Source of the DNA: Nemertoderma westbladi
Taxonomy: Eukaryota > Animalia > Xenacoelomorpha
Direction: 5' to 3'
DNA length: 48,905 nucleotides
Assembly: GCA_032718475.1 (NCBI GenBank)
Contig: JAUCBJ010008012.1
Span: forward strand, 1-48,905
The position numbers and the translations under genes are program-made. The notes below the pieces were generated by a model, which did not search any database, was not told the DNA's origin, and worked only from the letters and a program-made list of their open reading frames with translations. Of this stretch, positions 10,198 to 22,750 are shown piece after piece; the first letter of the stretch is position 1; each line of letters begins with the position of its first letter.

Positions 10198-11151
10198 ATG
10201 CCACAGGATCGCTTTATATCGTCGCCCCGCTGCATCAAACCACAGAGTATTGGTCCGGCTTCCCCCTCCGCTGGCTACCCCAGCTCCTACTCCTACCCTG
10301 CTGTCCCCCCAACCCCTTACGGACTTCCCCAAAGCCCTAAATACATGGCCCTGCTGCCCTGCCCGCCAGACTTCAGCTGCTATTCACCCACCACTCCTCC
10401 AGCTAACCTCGGTTTCCCATTGAGCTCCTACAGCCGTAGCTACCCGGCCACCGCTGGCTTCCCTCTCCGCAACAACGGCTGGATCAACAGCGCTGCTAGA
10501 GAGATCGGCAAAGTCGAGAAACTCCTCGATACTTACGGCTTCATCCAGTGTAGCGAACGGGACTCACGACTTTTCTTCCATTTCTCCCAGTTCCTCGGTG
10601 GATCCATTCAGGAGTTGCGAATCGGCGATGATGTTGAGTTCCAAGAGGCTCCGGATCGCCGCAACGGTAAACCGATCGCAACGCAAATTATTAAACTCAA
10701 CATGAACGATTACGCTGTGCCGATGTCCCCGGCGGCCTACGACCCCAACTCGCTGACCTTTAACGCTCGCGGACAAGTTACCGTCGTCCCGCAGAAAAAA
10801 ACTCGCAGCAACTCAGTCTCAGATCAACAAGGTCGAGTTTCTTTCGAGCAGAATGGCGAGTGCTTCTTCCTTTCGTTTGCCAACGAGGATTTATTGGCGT
10901 CCACGGAGGTGAAGTCGGGGGATATGGTGAACTACGTGATCGTGACAGATCCGCGAACCGGGGCGTTGCGTGCGCGTGACGTGCGGCTGGACGGGGCAGC
11001 TGAGTTGGCCAGCTTGCCGCGGCATCAGGGCATCATATGTTCCCTCAAGGATAGTTTTGGGTTCATTGAGAGGGCCGACGTGGTTCGTGAGATTTTCTTT
11101 CATTTTTCTGAGTTGCGGTGCGACGCGCGGATCCTGCAGCTGGCAACCGAG
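10198..11151 (+). CDS. CSDE1: CSDE1 coding exon 1
   Basis: ATG at 10198; about 100-aa P/S/Y-rich N-terminus followed by CSDs; donor GTATGG at 11152. Confidence 0.9.
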
Positions 11152-14100
11152 GTATGGCCCAACCGAGTCTGATTTCCTTACAACATTATTTCCTTACATA
11201 ATTATTTCCTTACAGCATTATTTCCTTACAACATTATTTCCTCACATCATTATTCCTTTACAGCATTTTTTCCTAATATTATTATTTCCTAACAGCATTA
11301 TTTCCTTACATACAACAAACTTTTCCTACGTAGATTAGCTTCTGAAGTCTCGCCTCTTTTCTTCTATCGTATGAAACCCTTTCATGTTTAGATTATAATT
11401 GTGGTTGGGAGTAGTGCGGTAGGTGAGGCCTCAACTTCGCATAAATTTCTGTCAAGTAGCGGTATCACTAACATAGCATTGGCCTACCTAACCTAGGCCT
11501 AAGTCATAATCAATTTTAGGTACCGGTACCGGGAATATTACGGGTACGTGGGAATATTTTACCCCTCCTTGGGTAAAATTTTCACATTTTGATTTTTTGA
11601 TGTAGAATTTAATAGGTATTTCAAATCTTAAAACGGCTTGGCGAGTAAACATTCTGAGTGGGCAAACCCCCCCCCCCCCCCCCCCCCCCCCCTCCTTTAG
11701 GGCTAAGGCAACCACTACATACCTAAAAACACGCCGGGTAAAGACGACTAAATTATTGGCTCTAATAAGTACCAAACAGGATAATCCATTTGAACTGAAT
11801 GTTACAAAAACTCTATAAAAGTAAATAATTATTATTATTAGGCCTAGTCCTTAAATTTATTTATTAACGACCCCTTGCAGCGTGCACTCTATGTCCCAAG
11901 TGATCCATTACACTGGGATCCAATTTTTCTCGCTGCTAAATTAAATATCCCTCCGCTTGCTTCCATTGGACACAATCTAACGGCTTTAGCTCGTAAATGA
12001 TGATAACATTCTCTAGATTGGTTCGTGTTATTAACTATAAGTCACTCGGTTTAATTAGTGTATCATTTATAATTATGATTACTTATGTGCTGGTTGCAAA
12101 AGTCAAGTAATATTCTACTTATCTTTATGTTTTCACAGTTTAGATATAAAATTATCAATAATTGTATTTTCTTTCTTCCTATTATTTTATTCACTTTACT
12201 TTACATTTACGTGACATGTTTCTATTAGACTTTTTACATTTTAATACTTTTTATTTTGTCTTACTAATTCCGGCGCAAATTAATTCCAGGTTGATTTCGC
12301 CATTGTTGAGCGGCAAAGTAAAGAAGTTGCCGCGGATATCTACACATTGCCGCGAGGCAGTGTTATATTGGAGGACGTCCACGCGGGTACCTACCTGGGT
12401 TGCGTCGACGTGGCCCTACCCCGGGCCGGTACGCGGCATCAGAGTGACCCGTTGCCGGGACGCATCTCCTACTCGGATGTGTCCCCCTCCCAGATCGTCT
12501 CACCCCTACTCACCGTGGCCTTCGGGGACCGAGACCAGGTCGGGGAGTACTCCATGCAGGCCGGGGATCTGGTCACCTTCGAGTTGGCCACCGATAGGCG
12601 GGACTCCCAGAAACGGGCCACCAATATCCGGATGAGGAAGGAATCCTTCGAGAAACAGGGGGAAAAGCGGGAGCAGGGGTGTGTCGTTACACTGAAAGAT
12701 GGTGAGTATGGATAACGGGAGCAAGGGAGTGTCGTTAGGGGGAGAAGCGGGAGCAAGGGAGTGTCGTTAGGGGGAGAAGCGGGAGCAAGGGAGTGTCGTT
12801 AGGGGGGGGACGGGAGCGAGGGAGTGTCGTTAGGGGGGGAAGCGGGAGCAAGGGAGTGTCGTTAGGGGGAGAAGCGGGAGCAAGGGAGTGTCGTTAGGGG
12901 GGGGGGGGAAACGGGAGCGAGGGAGTGTCGTTAGGGGGAGAAGCGGGAGCAAGGGAGTACCGTTAGGGGGAGAAGCGGGAGCCATTGAGTGTCGTTAGGG
13001 GGGCAAGTGGGTGTCGTTAGGGGGAGAAGTGGGGCGAGGGAGTGTCGTTAGGGGGAGAAGCGGGAGCGAGGGAGTGTCGTTCGGGGGGAGAAGCGCTGGC
13101 AAGGGAGTGTCGTTAGGGGGGAGAAATGGGAGCAAGGGAGTGTCGTTAGGGGGGAGAAGCGGGAGCAAGGGAGTGTCGTTAGGGGGGAGAAGCGGGAGCA
13201 AGGGAGTACCGTTAGGGGGGGAAGCGGGAGCGAGGGAGAGTCGTTAGGGGGAGAAGCGGGAGCAAGGGAGTGTCGTTAGGGGGAGAAGCGGGAGCAAGGG
13301 AGTGTCGTTAGGGGGAGAAGCGGGAGCAAGGGAGTGTCGTTAGGGGGGGGGAAACGGGAGCAAGGGAGTGTCGTTAGGGGGGAGAAGCGGGAGCAAGGGA
13401 GTACCGTTAGGGGGGGAAGCGGGAGCGAGGGAGAGTCGTTAGGGGGAGAAGCGGGAGCAAGGGAGTGTCGTTAGGGGGAGAAGCGGGAGCAAGGGAGTGT
13501 CGTTAGGGGGAGAAGCGGGAGCAAGGGAGTACCGTTAGGGGGAGAAGCGGGAGCCATGGAGTGTCGTTAGGGGGGCAAGTGGGTGTCGTTAGGGGGAGAA
13601 GTGGGGCGAGGGAGTGTCGTTAGGGGGGAGAAGCGCTGGCAAGGGAGTGTCGTTAGGGGGAGAAGCGGGAGCAAGGGAGTGTCGTTAGGGGGGAGAAGCG
13701 GGAGCAAGGGAGTACCGTTAGGGGGAGAAGCGGGAGCAAGGGAGTGTCGTTATGGGGGGGGGGCAAGGGAGTGTCGTTAGGGGGGAGAGGCGGGAGCAAG
13801 GGAGTGTCGTTAGGGGGGAGAGGCGGGAGCAAGGGAGTGTCGTTAGGGGGGAGAGGCGGGAGCAAGGGAGTGTCGTTAGGGGGAGAAGAGGGAGCGAGGG
13901 AGTGTCGTTAGGGGGGGAGCGGGAGCGAGGGAGTGTCGTTTCAGGATATAGGAAAAAGTTTTTATTTTTCAACGTTTTTCAGCGTTGAACATTTAATTAC
14001 TCTTTACTTAAGTTTGGGTTGTTTTGTCTCCGAGATTTTGTCTCAGAAAGACAACAACCGACACAATTGCCATGACTTGGTTTTGTGTGGTGTGGGTTGT

Positions 14101-16198
14101 CGGCGATTTTACAACTTTAATGTTGTCTGGGTTGTTCTGATTCCCATTTTATCTCCACATCTTCTAAATGGACCTACAGTATACCCGGTACGCATACTGT
14201 GGATTTAAACATATGATGCATAGCGCCATCTTGTGCCATTTTGGTGATAATATTTTGTTAGTTGTGGTATATCGTATATATCTGTTATGGTCACGCACGA
14301 TATCCTCAGAGGTCGACAGCATTAACAAAACTGATATTAACAGAAAGATTTTTCATAAAACTGTATTCCGTTTGAGGAATCTTGCTGCGAGATTCGCTCT
14401 TTTGAACGGAGGAAACAATGTGAATTATAACAGTGGATAATTCCGATTCAAAACGTCAATAGAGTTGTTAATTTATTTTCTCATTATTAACAACGAAACT
14501 GCCTTTTTATAGAGGTAGGAGGGGCCCTTAAAAGTCTTGTTCTGCGACGATTAACTCACACGGTAAATCGCCGGACTTAGGATGTGAAGGTACGGGGTTC
14601 GAACCCGGGGATGAGGTCTTTTTGTTTAATCCGATTTAAAGTTTAGGCAGTTTCGTTTACAGCCAGTTTGCTAGATTTTCTAGTTACTGAATTTATTATT
14701 GATACTTATTTTGTAGCCTATTATTTATCCACTTTTAGGTTTCGGTTTCGTTCGTTGTGCCGACAGGGAGGCTCGAATATTCTTCCACTTCACCGAGTTG
14801 ATGGATTTGGGCCACAAACTGCAACTCAACGAGGAGATCGAGTTCACCGTGATCAACGACCCCACGGACCAGCAGCGGCTCATAGCGGTGCGACTGCAGA
14901 TGCTGCCGCGGGGGACGGTGAAGTTCGACGACGTGGTCAGGGAGAAGACGGAAGGGGCGGTGCGACGCGCCTCGAAACAGAGCTCGATTACAAACGAAGC
15001 GGGGGACCCGTTGACCGATGATTTGGGATCCATCGAGAGTCTCATAGACGATGAATTCGTTCAGGTTTTCTACCAGCACAAAGACATCACAATGAAAGAG
15101 GCATTGAAGCCTGGGGACGACGTTGAATTCACTCTGGTTAAGTGTCGGCGTTCCAAGAAGTTCTTCGCTAAGGATATGAAGCGAGTTTGCGACGTTTCGG
15201 CGACTTCCGCTGCGGTTACGGCGTTGCTTATTGATATGGGCGGCGGCGACCGTGCGAACCGGCAGCTGGGCGTTGTCGCGAGTACCCGGGACGCCCAGGG
15301 GTTCATCGAGGGGCTGAGCAACCCGGAGGAGGCCTACCCCTTCCAGTACTCGGAGGTGTTCGAGCCGGGGACCGTGAGGGTGGGGGATTCCTACGAGTTC
15401 ACTCTGGCGAGGAAGTCCGGGAGACTGGTCGCGGAGAACCTGGTTCGCGTCGAGCGCTCCACCGAGGTTCCCGAGGCCTCGGGCGTGCTGCGCGAAGGGC
15501 GGGTGGTCCGCGAGATTCGCCCCGGGACCAGTCAGTACGTCGGGTTGATTCGCGTCACCGATTCCGAGCTGCCGGGATCCGGGGAGGGGGTCGCCCGATC
15601 GATCACCGATCTTCAGTTTAGCATCGCGAGTCTCCAAGATAAACACGAACTTCCGGTGGTTAACGACGTCGTTGTTTTCAATGTGATGGCGTCGGTTAGC
15701 AACGGGAAGGTTGCGCAGCGCGCGGCCAACGTTAAAGTTGCGCGGGAGAGAGTTCGAGCGAGAGTAAACTCGATCAAAGGCGAGTTCGGTTTCATCGATT
15801 ATAGAACTTCTTCGTCGGATAAGTTGTTCTTCCATACAAGCGAAGTTCGGGAATCAGGTTCCGCGTTGAAACCCGGGGACGAAGTCGAGTTTATTGTCGT
15901 TCACAATCCTAAGAGCGGCAAGTATTTCGCGAGTCGCGTTGAGTTGGCGACCTCCGAACGGCCGGAGCGACTGGTCAACCGCATGCGAACCTACTCGTTG
16001 GGGGGAGTGTCCCCGACCTCGGGGATTACGCCGCGTCTCATCGTCGTCCGACAACCCCGCGGCCCGGACGGGAGCCCCGGTTTCGCCACGCGCCGTCGAC
16101 GTGGCCACACCGTCGCATCATCCGTCGGTCTCTCCCTCCCCATCGATATTATCGATGATTCTCACGGAGTCGTTATGTACCAAACCGCGACCGAATAA
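10198..16198 (+). CDS. CSDE1: Cold shock domain-containing protein E1 (Unr); join(10198..11151,12290..12701,14739..16198), 941 aa
   Basis: Repeated CSD motifs (YGFIQC..R..RLFFHFS; FGFIERADVVREIFFHFSE; FGFVRCADREARIFFHFTE; FGFIDY...KLFFHTSEV) and C-terminal SUZ-C motif VRQPRGPDGSPGF. Splice sites GAG|GTATGG, TTCCAG|GTT (branch-like TACTAAT), ATG|GTGAGT and CTTTTAG|GT join in frame (phases 0 and 1). Confidence 0.96.
11172..11311. repeat. 16-bp minisatellite (CATTATTTCCTTACA[A/G/T]), about 9 copies, at the start of CSDE1 intron 1
   Basis: Unit read directly; begins about 20 bp after the donor. Confidence 0.9.
12290..12701 (+). CDS. CSDE1: CSDE1 coding exon 2
   Basis: VDFAIVERQSKEVAADIYTLPRGSVILED...GDLVTFELATDRRD..KRATNI; AG at 12288-12289 and GT at 12702. 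Confidence 0.93.
12716..13940. repeat. G-rich minisatellite of about 32 bp (GGGGGAGAAGCGGGAGCAAGGGAGTGTCGTTA), roughly 38 copies, in CSDE1 intron 2
   Basis: Unit read directly; G-run length varies between copies. Confidence 0.95.
14739..16198 (+). CDS. CSDE1: CSDE1 coding exon 3 (terminal)
   Basis: AG at 14737-14738; FGFVRCADREARIFFHF...; stop TAA ends at 16198. Confidence 0.93.
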
Positions 16199-18647
16199 TC
16201 CGACAAAACCTCTTCTAATAATAATATAATCCTTTAAATTTAATTCTTTTTGATTATTTTTTTATTTAAACATTTTTGATTAATTAATTTAATAATTTCA
16301 ATCAATTGTTGATATTTAACATTCCGTTGGAGGCAAATAACAGTTAGGAAATGATAATTAGTGCAGTTTAAATAGTACTATTCTATCGTCTTGTAACCCC
16401 AACTGTAACAACTCACCCACCGCCATCAACCTAACTCACACATATATGTCTCTCTCTCAAGAGTTCAGTAAATGTATCTCCAATATTTTTTATATTATCC
16501 CTATTAGGGGATCCAAATAAGTTTTTTTATGGATCTTTATATTTCACATCGAAGTCATAGAATATATAATTAGAACGTAATATTATTTGTAAATCCGTCG
16601 TTTTGACGTAACGCGATGCCCTTCTGTTTAAGGCCGGCCGTTGGTTAAACTCCTTCTGTTAAACTATTCTTTGAAGGTACACATACATACACTATCGTCC
16701 ATTGCTATTGCAATGGCCCTATTCTAGAATCTTTAATTAACCGAGAAGTTAAGTATTTCTATTCTTAACCACGCTCTAATGGATTGCATACATACAACGC
16801 ATTAGTCCACATTAGTTAATTTGTTTGCTTTTGATTTTGGACCTACGAGTCGATATGTAATAGAGCAGTGATTGATCGTACAGTCTTCCTTTGTGTCAAA
16901 CCTATTCCCATAACTCAGTCTATTTATATGCAGTTGTCGTTATAGCCTATAATATTCTGCTGTAACATAAAGGGGATGGTTGCTGCCACTAAAATTTAAT
17001 TTCAATTTGTAATATTAATTTAACTTTTATTTATTTTTTTATTCAGTATATATATATACTTTTCCTACTAGCCCTAGCCTTACTTTTATCGTTGCTGCCA
17101 TTTGGATGTAGCTGATTCGATGATGCAGCACGACCTGCAGCGCTGTAGGAGCGAAAAAACGATATTCCATATTCGAAACAGCCGTAAGACCTCCATGTAA
17201 GCTAATCCGAAAACCGCCATCAATGCGCCGTGGTTGGTAACATTGGTAACAACAGCTGACCATTACATTACAATTTCTACAATCAGCTGATTGATATGTT
17301 TTGCCGCGCTAGAATACATTTTATCGGGACTCTCAGGAGATTGAAATAAATACGAATTGAACAAATTTACATGAAACAATTAAATAATTACTGATTAGTT
17401 TTAACTATATTTCCTACTAACCAGTAAATTATAATGTTTGTTAATCATTATACAAGTTGATTACAATGATCCCCTTTGCGCTACAACATAAACTTCTTTT
17501 GGCTTTAAACACGATTTCTTTGGGCTACGTAATTAATTTATATTAATTTTTCTCTATTTGGAATAATTTTCGGTTTTTGTAGCGGTAGCGTTTTTGTGGT
17601 TCCGTCTTTAGTAATATAGTTACAGTCGAATTAGACCCGGTTATAAGAGTTATTGTACTTCCATTGGTCTTTGTTTATAATCTTATCTACTTAATATGGT
17701 GTAATTTGTATCAAAATTAGCCGTTTCGTCTGTCAAGAGTTACACAGAATTTGTTGGGTCCCACGTTTTTTACTCTTTAAAAAATTCGACAAACAGACGA
17801 ACTTTTCTAAACATCTATTATTATAAATGTAACATTTATATTTTTAGTTCTTTATAAAACCGGTTAAATAAAATGAAAAAAAATTTTTTCAATTCAATCA
17901 ATTCAATTTTTTTTATAAAAAAAAAGGGAATTCCAACAAATAAAAATTCTGTAAGTCGGGGCAAAAACTTCTTTTTTTCCACCAATGACATATTATTTAT
18001 TCCGTGAATGTGCAATGCGGATTGTTGGATGCCATTTACTTTCACTTTCTTGCAACTCATCCATATGTATGTGCCTTATTGTTCGCTAAAACCAAAAAGT
18101 ATTTCCTCATTTAATATTTTCGAATTCTTAGACAAGTATTTTACATTGTAATCACCATAACAACTATATAGCATTATTAATTATTTCTTCTCAGGCTGGA
18201 GTGAGTGCTAGTAATTAGAATTTCTGGTTTATATCTCCGCACATTAATTTAATTACAGTAGATACCTTTATTAGTAAGCTGTATTTATGATTTTAAATTT
18301 GTGCTCTATTTTTGGTCCATTAAACATAACATAATATATTATTGCCATTAGTATGCCCAGTTTCGTTTGTATAATTAATTAATTAATATATTGCAGTAAA
18401 TATTTTTATGATTTTTTAATTCGGCTATTTTTTTTGTTTGTTCGCTTCCCATCGCTTCAATAGAATCCCTATTTTTTCTCAACTGCTACTTTGAAGGTTT
18501 TTTTTAGATAATAAACGCAATCGATTGTAGATTTTTTAATTTAATTTGTTCTCGTTTTATTTTCAAACGGAGATTCTTTATATTGTAAATTGTTCGTGTT
18601 TGTTTATGTTTATACTTAGTGTCTAGTGTGGGAACATAATATACTCC

Positions 18648-19348
18648 CAAGGTCTAATAAATAACAGGTCAGGCAGCGAGCGGATTGCTAATTAGCGTGG
18701 GCCGATATGTTCCCTATTTATGGCTCCATTTCCTTAGAAACTTATTTTATGCTACTTTTGTTAGGTGGATATGATGACTAGGATTCATAGAAATGTAATA
18801 AAATGTCTTTCTGGAATTTTTATCTTATAGTTGCCAAGGTAACCGGGTGCAATGTTCAAACTTTGCGCGCCTGTATTTCAAGGCGATAATGGATTCTTCC
18901 CTTGAGATTTGGTTGGTGATTAAAGGAAATAAAAGTCTATCAAAATATTTTACATTTTCATTTGTTTACATTCCCGTTGCCATGGAAATAAGTATAATGA
19001 AAAATTTGAAAAATTGTCTACCAATTGAAAAAAAATTTAAATGTAAAATATTTTGATAGACTTTTATTCCCTTTACTTATATACCAAATCTCAAGAACAG
19101 AATCCCTTGTCGCCTTGAGTTACAGGCGCTCGAAATTTGAACTTTACACCCGGTTACCTTGGTAACTACAAGATAAAAATTCCAGAAAGACATTTTATTA
19201 CATTTCTATGAATCCTAATCATCATATCCACCTAACAAAAGTAGCATAAAATAAGTTTCTAAGGAAATGGAGCCATAAATAGGGAACATATCGGCCCACG
19301 CTAATTAGCAATCCGCTCGCTGCCTGACCTGTTATTTATTAGACCTTG
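18648..19348. mobile_element. 701-bp foldback MITE with arms of about 300 bp and a 9-bp TSD
   Basis: Termini CAAGGTCTAATAAATAACAGG...CCTGTTATTTATTAGACCTTG; outer 180 bp or so nearly perfect; TSD ATATACTCC at 18639-18647 and 19349-19357. Confidence 0.92.
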
Positions 19349-19974
19349 ATATACTCCCAGTCGTGGGTCGCATTATATCACAATTGGTACTTTAGGTATC
19401 ACTATCATTGCCCTTTGTATCACAAATTGTACTAGTTTATTCGTGTTTAATTGCACTTGCATTATTGTAAACGCGAGTAAATAAGGTACATCTTAGTATC
19501 GGATTTGTAGGTCCTGGGACCTCTTGTCCTGGCATCTTTTGTCCTGGTATGTTTTGTCCTGGTATGTTTTGGCCGAGCTACAATATGATACAAGGATATG
19601 CAATATGATACATAAAGTAAGTGAAGTTGTATAATGTGACCTTTAACAGTAGAAAAGTTATGTGAATTTATAAGCATTTTATAAGTATGAATTAATTATT
19701 CTAATCTAATTGCAGTTGAACTGTTTGTGTGTGTGCAGCTTCATTTTGTGCTCATGTGTCTGTTCTTGAGATGTTCAGTCCATCTGTTTTGTACTCATCC
19801 CTGCCTACTGTAAAGCCTTTTTGCGTGTTGTGTTGGTGTATAATTTCTCATTGAAAGCTGTTGCCTTGAAATAAACTCTAATTGTCTAACTTTAAAATAA
19901 TATTTTTTATTGTAATTATTAAACTTTGCAATTTGCAATAACTAACACCTTTTGCAATTTGATTAATCTAATTT

Positions 19975-22033
19975 GGGTGGGTCAGTTAGATAGCATCTAA
20001 CTACATTATACAGGGGGGCAGTCAGATAGCAGCTCACTACGTTATACAGTGGGTCAGTTAGATAGCAGCTCACTACGTTATACTGTGGGTCAGTTAGATA
20101 GCAGCTCACTACGTTATACAGTGGGTCAGTTAGATAGCAGCTCACTACGTTATACTGTGGGTCAGTTAGATAGCAGCTCACTACGTTATACTGTGGGTCA
20201 GTTAGATAGCAGCTCACTACGTTATACAGTGGGTCAGTCAGATAGCAGCTCACTACGTTATACAGTGGGTCAGTTAGATAGCAGCTCACTACGTTATACA
20301 GTGGGTCAGTTAGATAGCAGCTCACTACGTTATACAGTGGGTCAGTCAGATAGCAGCTCACTACGTTATACAGTGGGTCAGTTAGATAGCAGCTCACTAC
20401 GTTATACTGTGGGTCAGTTAGATAGCAGCTCACTACGTTATACTGTGGGTCAGTTAGATAGCAGCTCACTACGTTATACAGTGGGTCAGTCAGATTGCAG
20501 CTCACTACTTTATACAGTGGGTCAGTTAGATAGCAGCTCACTACGTTATACTGTGGGTCAGTTAGATAGCAGCTCACTACGTTATACTGTGGGTCAGTTA
20601 GATAGCAGCTCACTACGTTATACAGTGGGTCAGTCAGATAGCAGCTCACTACGTTATAGAGTGGGTCAGTTAGATAGCAGCTCACTACGTTATACAGTGG
20701 GTCAGTCAGATTGCAGCTCACTACGTTATACAGTGGGTCAGTTAGATGGCAGCTCACTACGTTATACAGTGGGTCAGTCAGATAGCAGCTCACTACGTTA
20801 TACAGTGGGTCAGTCAGATTGCAGCCCACTACGTTATACTGTACAGTGGGTCAGTCAGATTGCAGCTCACTACGTTATACAGTGGGTCAGTCAGATTGCA
20901 GCTCACTACGTTATACAGTGGGTCAGTTAGATAGCAGCTGACTACGTTATACAGTGGGTCAGTTAGATAGCAGCTCACTACGTTATACAGTGGGTCAGTT
21001 AGATAGCAGCTCACTACGTTATACAGTGGGTCAGTTAGATAGCAGCTCACTACGTTATACAGTGGGTCAGTTAGATAGCAGCTCACTACGTTATACAGTG
21101 GGTCAGTCAGATAGCAGCTCACTACGTTATACAGTGGGTCAGTTAGATAGCAGCTCACTACGTTATACAGTGGGTCAGTCAGATTGCAGCTCACTACGTT
21201 ATAGAGTGGGTCAGTTAGATAGCAGCTCACTACGTTATACAGTGGGTCAGTCAGATAGCAGCTCACTACGTTATACAGTGGGTCAGTCAGATTGCAGCCC
21301 ACTACGTTATACAGTGGGTCAGTCAGATAGCAGCTCACTACGTTATACAGGGGGGCAGTCAGATAGCAGCTCACTACGTTATACAGTGGGTCAGTTAGAT
21401 AGCAGCTCACTACGTTATACAGTGGGTCAGTCAGATTGCAGCCCACTACGTTATACAGTGGGTCAGTCAGATTGCAGCTCACTACGTTATACAGTGGGTC
21501 AGTTAGATGGCAGCTCACTACGTTATACAGTGGGTCAGTCAGATTGCAGCTCACTACGTTATACAGTGGGTCAGTTAGATAGCAGCTCACTACGTTATAC
21601 AGTGGGTCAGTCAGATTGCAGCTCACTACGTTATACAGTGGGTCAGTTAGATGGCAGCTCACTACGTTATACAGTGGGTCAGTCAGATAGCAGCTCACTA
21701 CGTTATACAGTGGGTCAGTCAGATTGCAGCCCACTACGTTATACAGTGGGTCAGTCAGATTGCAGCTCACTACGTTATACAGTGGGTCAGTTAGATAGCA
21801 GCTCACTACGTTATACAGTGGGTCAGTCAGATTGCAGCTCACTACGTTATACAGTGGGTCAGTTAGATGGCAGCTCACTACGTTATACAGTGGGTCAGTC
21901 AGATAGCAGCTCACTACGTTATACAGTGGGTCAGTCAGATTGCAGCCCACTACGTTATACAGTGGGTCAGTCAGATTGCAGCTCACTACGTTATACAGTG
22001 GGTCAGTCAGATTGCAGCTCACTACGTTATACA
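19975..22033. repeat. 36-bp tandem minisatellite (CAGTGGGTCAGTYAGATAGCAGCTCACTACGTTATA), about 57 copies
   Basis: Head-to-tail units with no spacers; one short insertion near 20838 shifts the phase. Confidence 0.97.
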
Positions 22034-22188
22034 GTTATACGTTATACGTTATTTATGCAAATATAACAGCTGTTCTATTTACACTTACAGTACGTTTATT
22101 GTTTTGGTGAGAATAACAGGCCAATCTTCCCCTTAATTAATAATTTAACATTGAGGCGATATATTTTAATTCGCCGAGATGTATACTG

Positions 22189-22725
22189 TAGGGCATTATT
22201 GAAAAAAATCGTCACATTTTCCTAAAAATTTCAACTTAAAATTTTTGGGTAGACCTATATTTCTTTTGGAGGTTGTTCTATCATTATCGAAGTTATCTTA
22301 ACCGAACCCAAATCAATACAAAACCCAGTTGTATCGATTTGGGTTTACCTCATTTCAACTCAAATTTTCGATTTTTAAAAACAGGCAAAAACTACTGAGC
22401 ATTTACTGTTTTGTTTATTGGATATACATGTCTCATATAAATTTTATTTAGCTATTTTAATGCGAAAAGCCGAAAGTTATGCAGTTCGAATTTTCATGTC
22501 AAAAAAATGTGATATCTTCGTCCGCGCGTTACCATGATGATTTTTTATTAAAATATCTTATTTAGATATGTTGAAGAAGTATTTTTTGGTTTTTACCAAC
22601 GGCCTCATTATACCCCCATGCATCTTTGGTGACCACTTTCATATGCGAAAAGTATAATTATGTGCCGAAAATTTGAATGGTTTGTAAGAAAGATTTCCCT
22701 GCGTGACCTTTTCAATAATGCCCTG
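22189..22725. mobile_element. Tc1/mariner-type MITE
   Basis: TIRs AGGGCATTATTGAAAA and TTTTCAATAATGCCCT; right end reads CCCTG-TA; left terminus slightly decayed. Confidence 0.65.
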
Positions 22726-22750
22726 TACTACACAATCAATCTCCAATACT

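Noticed and set aside
12995-13988. Pro- or Gly-rich ORFs
   Set aside because: Translations of the intronic minisatellite, with frequent frame-shifting G-run changes.
14735-15835. 366-aa antisense ORF
   Set aside because: Shadow of the GC-rich CSDE1 exon 3; no recognisable motifs.
19975-22033. CRISPR array (36-bp repeats)
   Set aside because: Units are head-to-tail with no unique spacers, no cas genes are present, and the context is eukaryotic.
19963-22066. Long ORFs of 288-397 aa on both strands
   Set aside because: They arise from a stop-free 36-bp unit; no signal peptide, unique domain or clear splice context.
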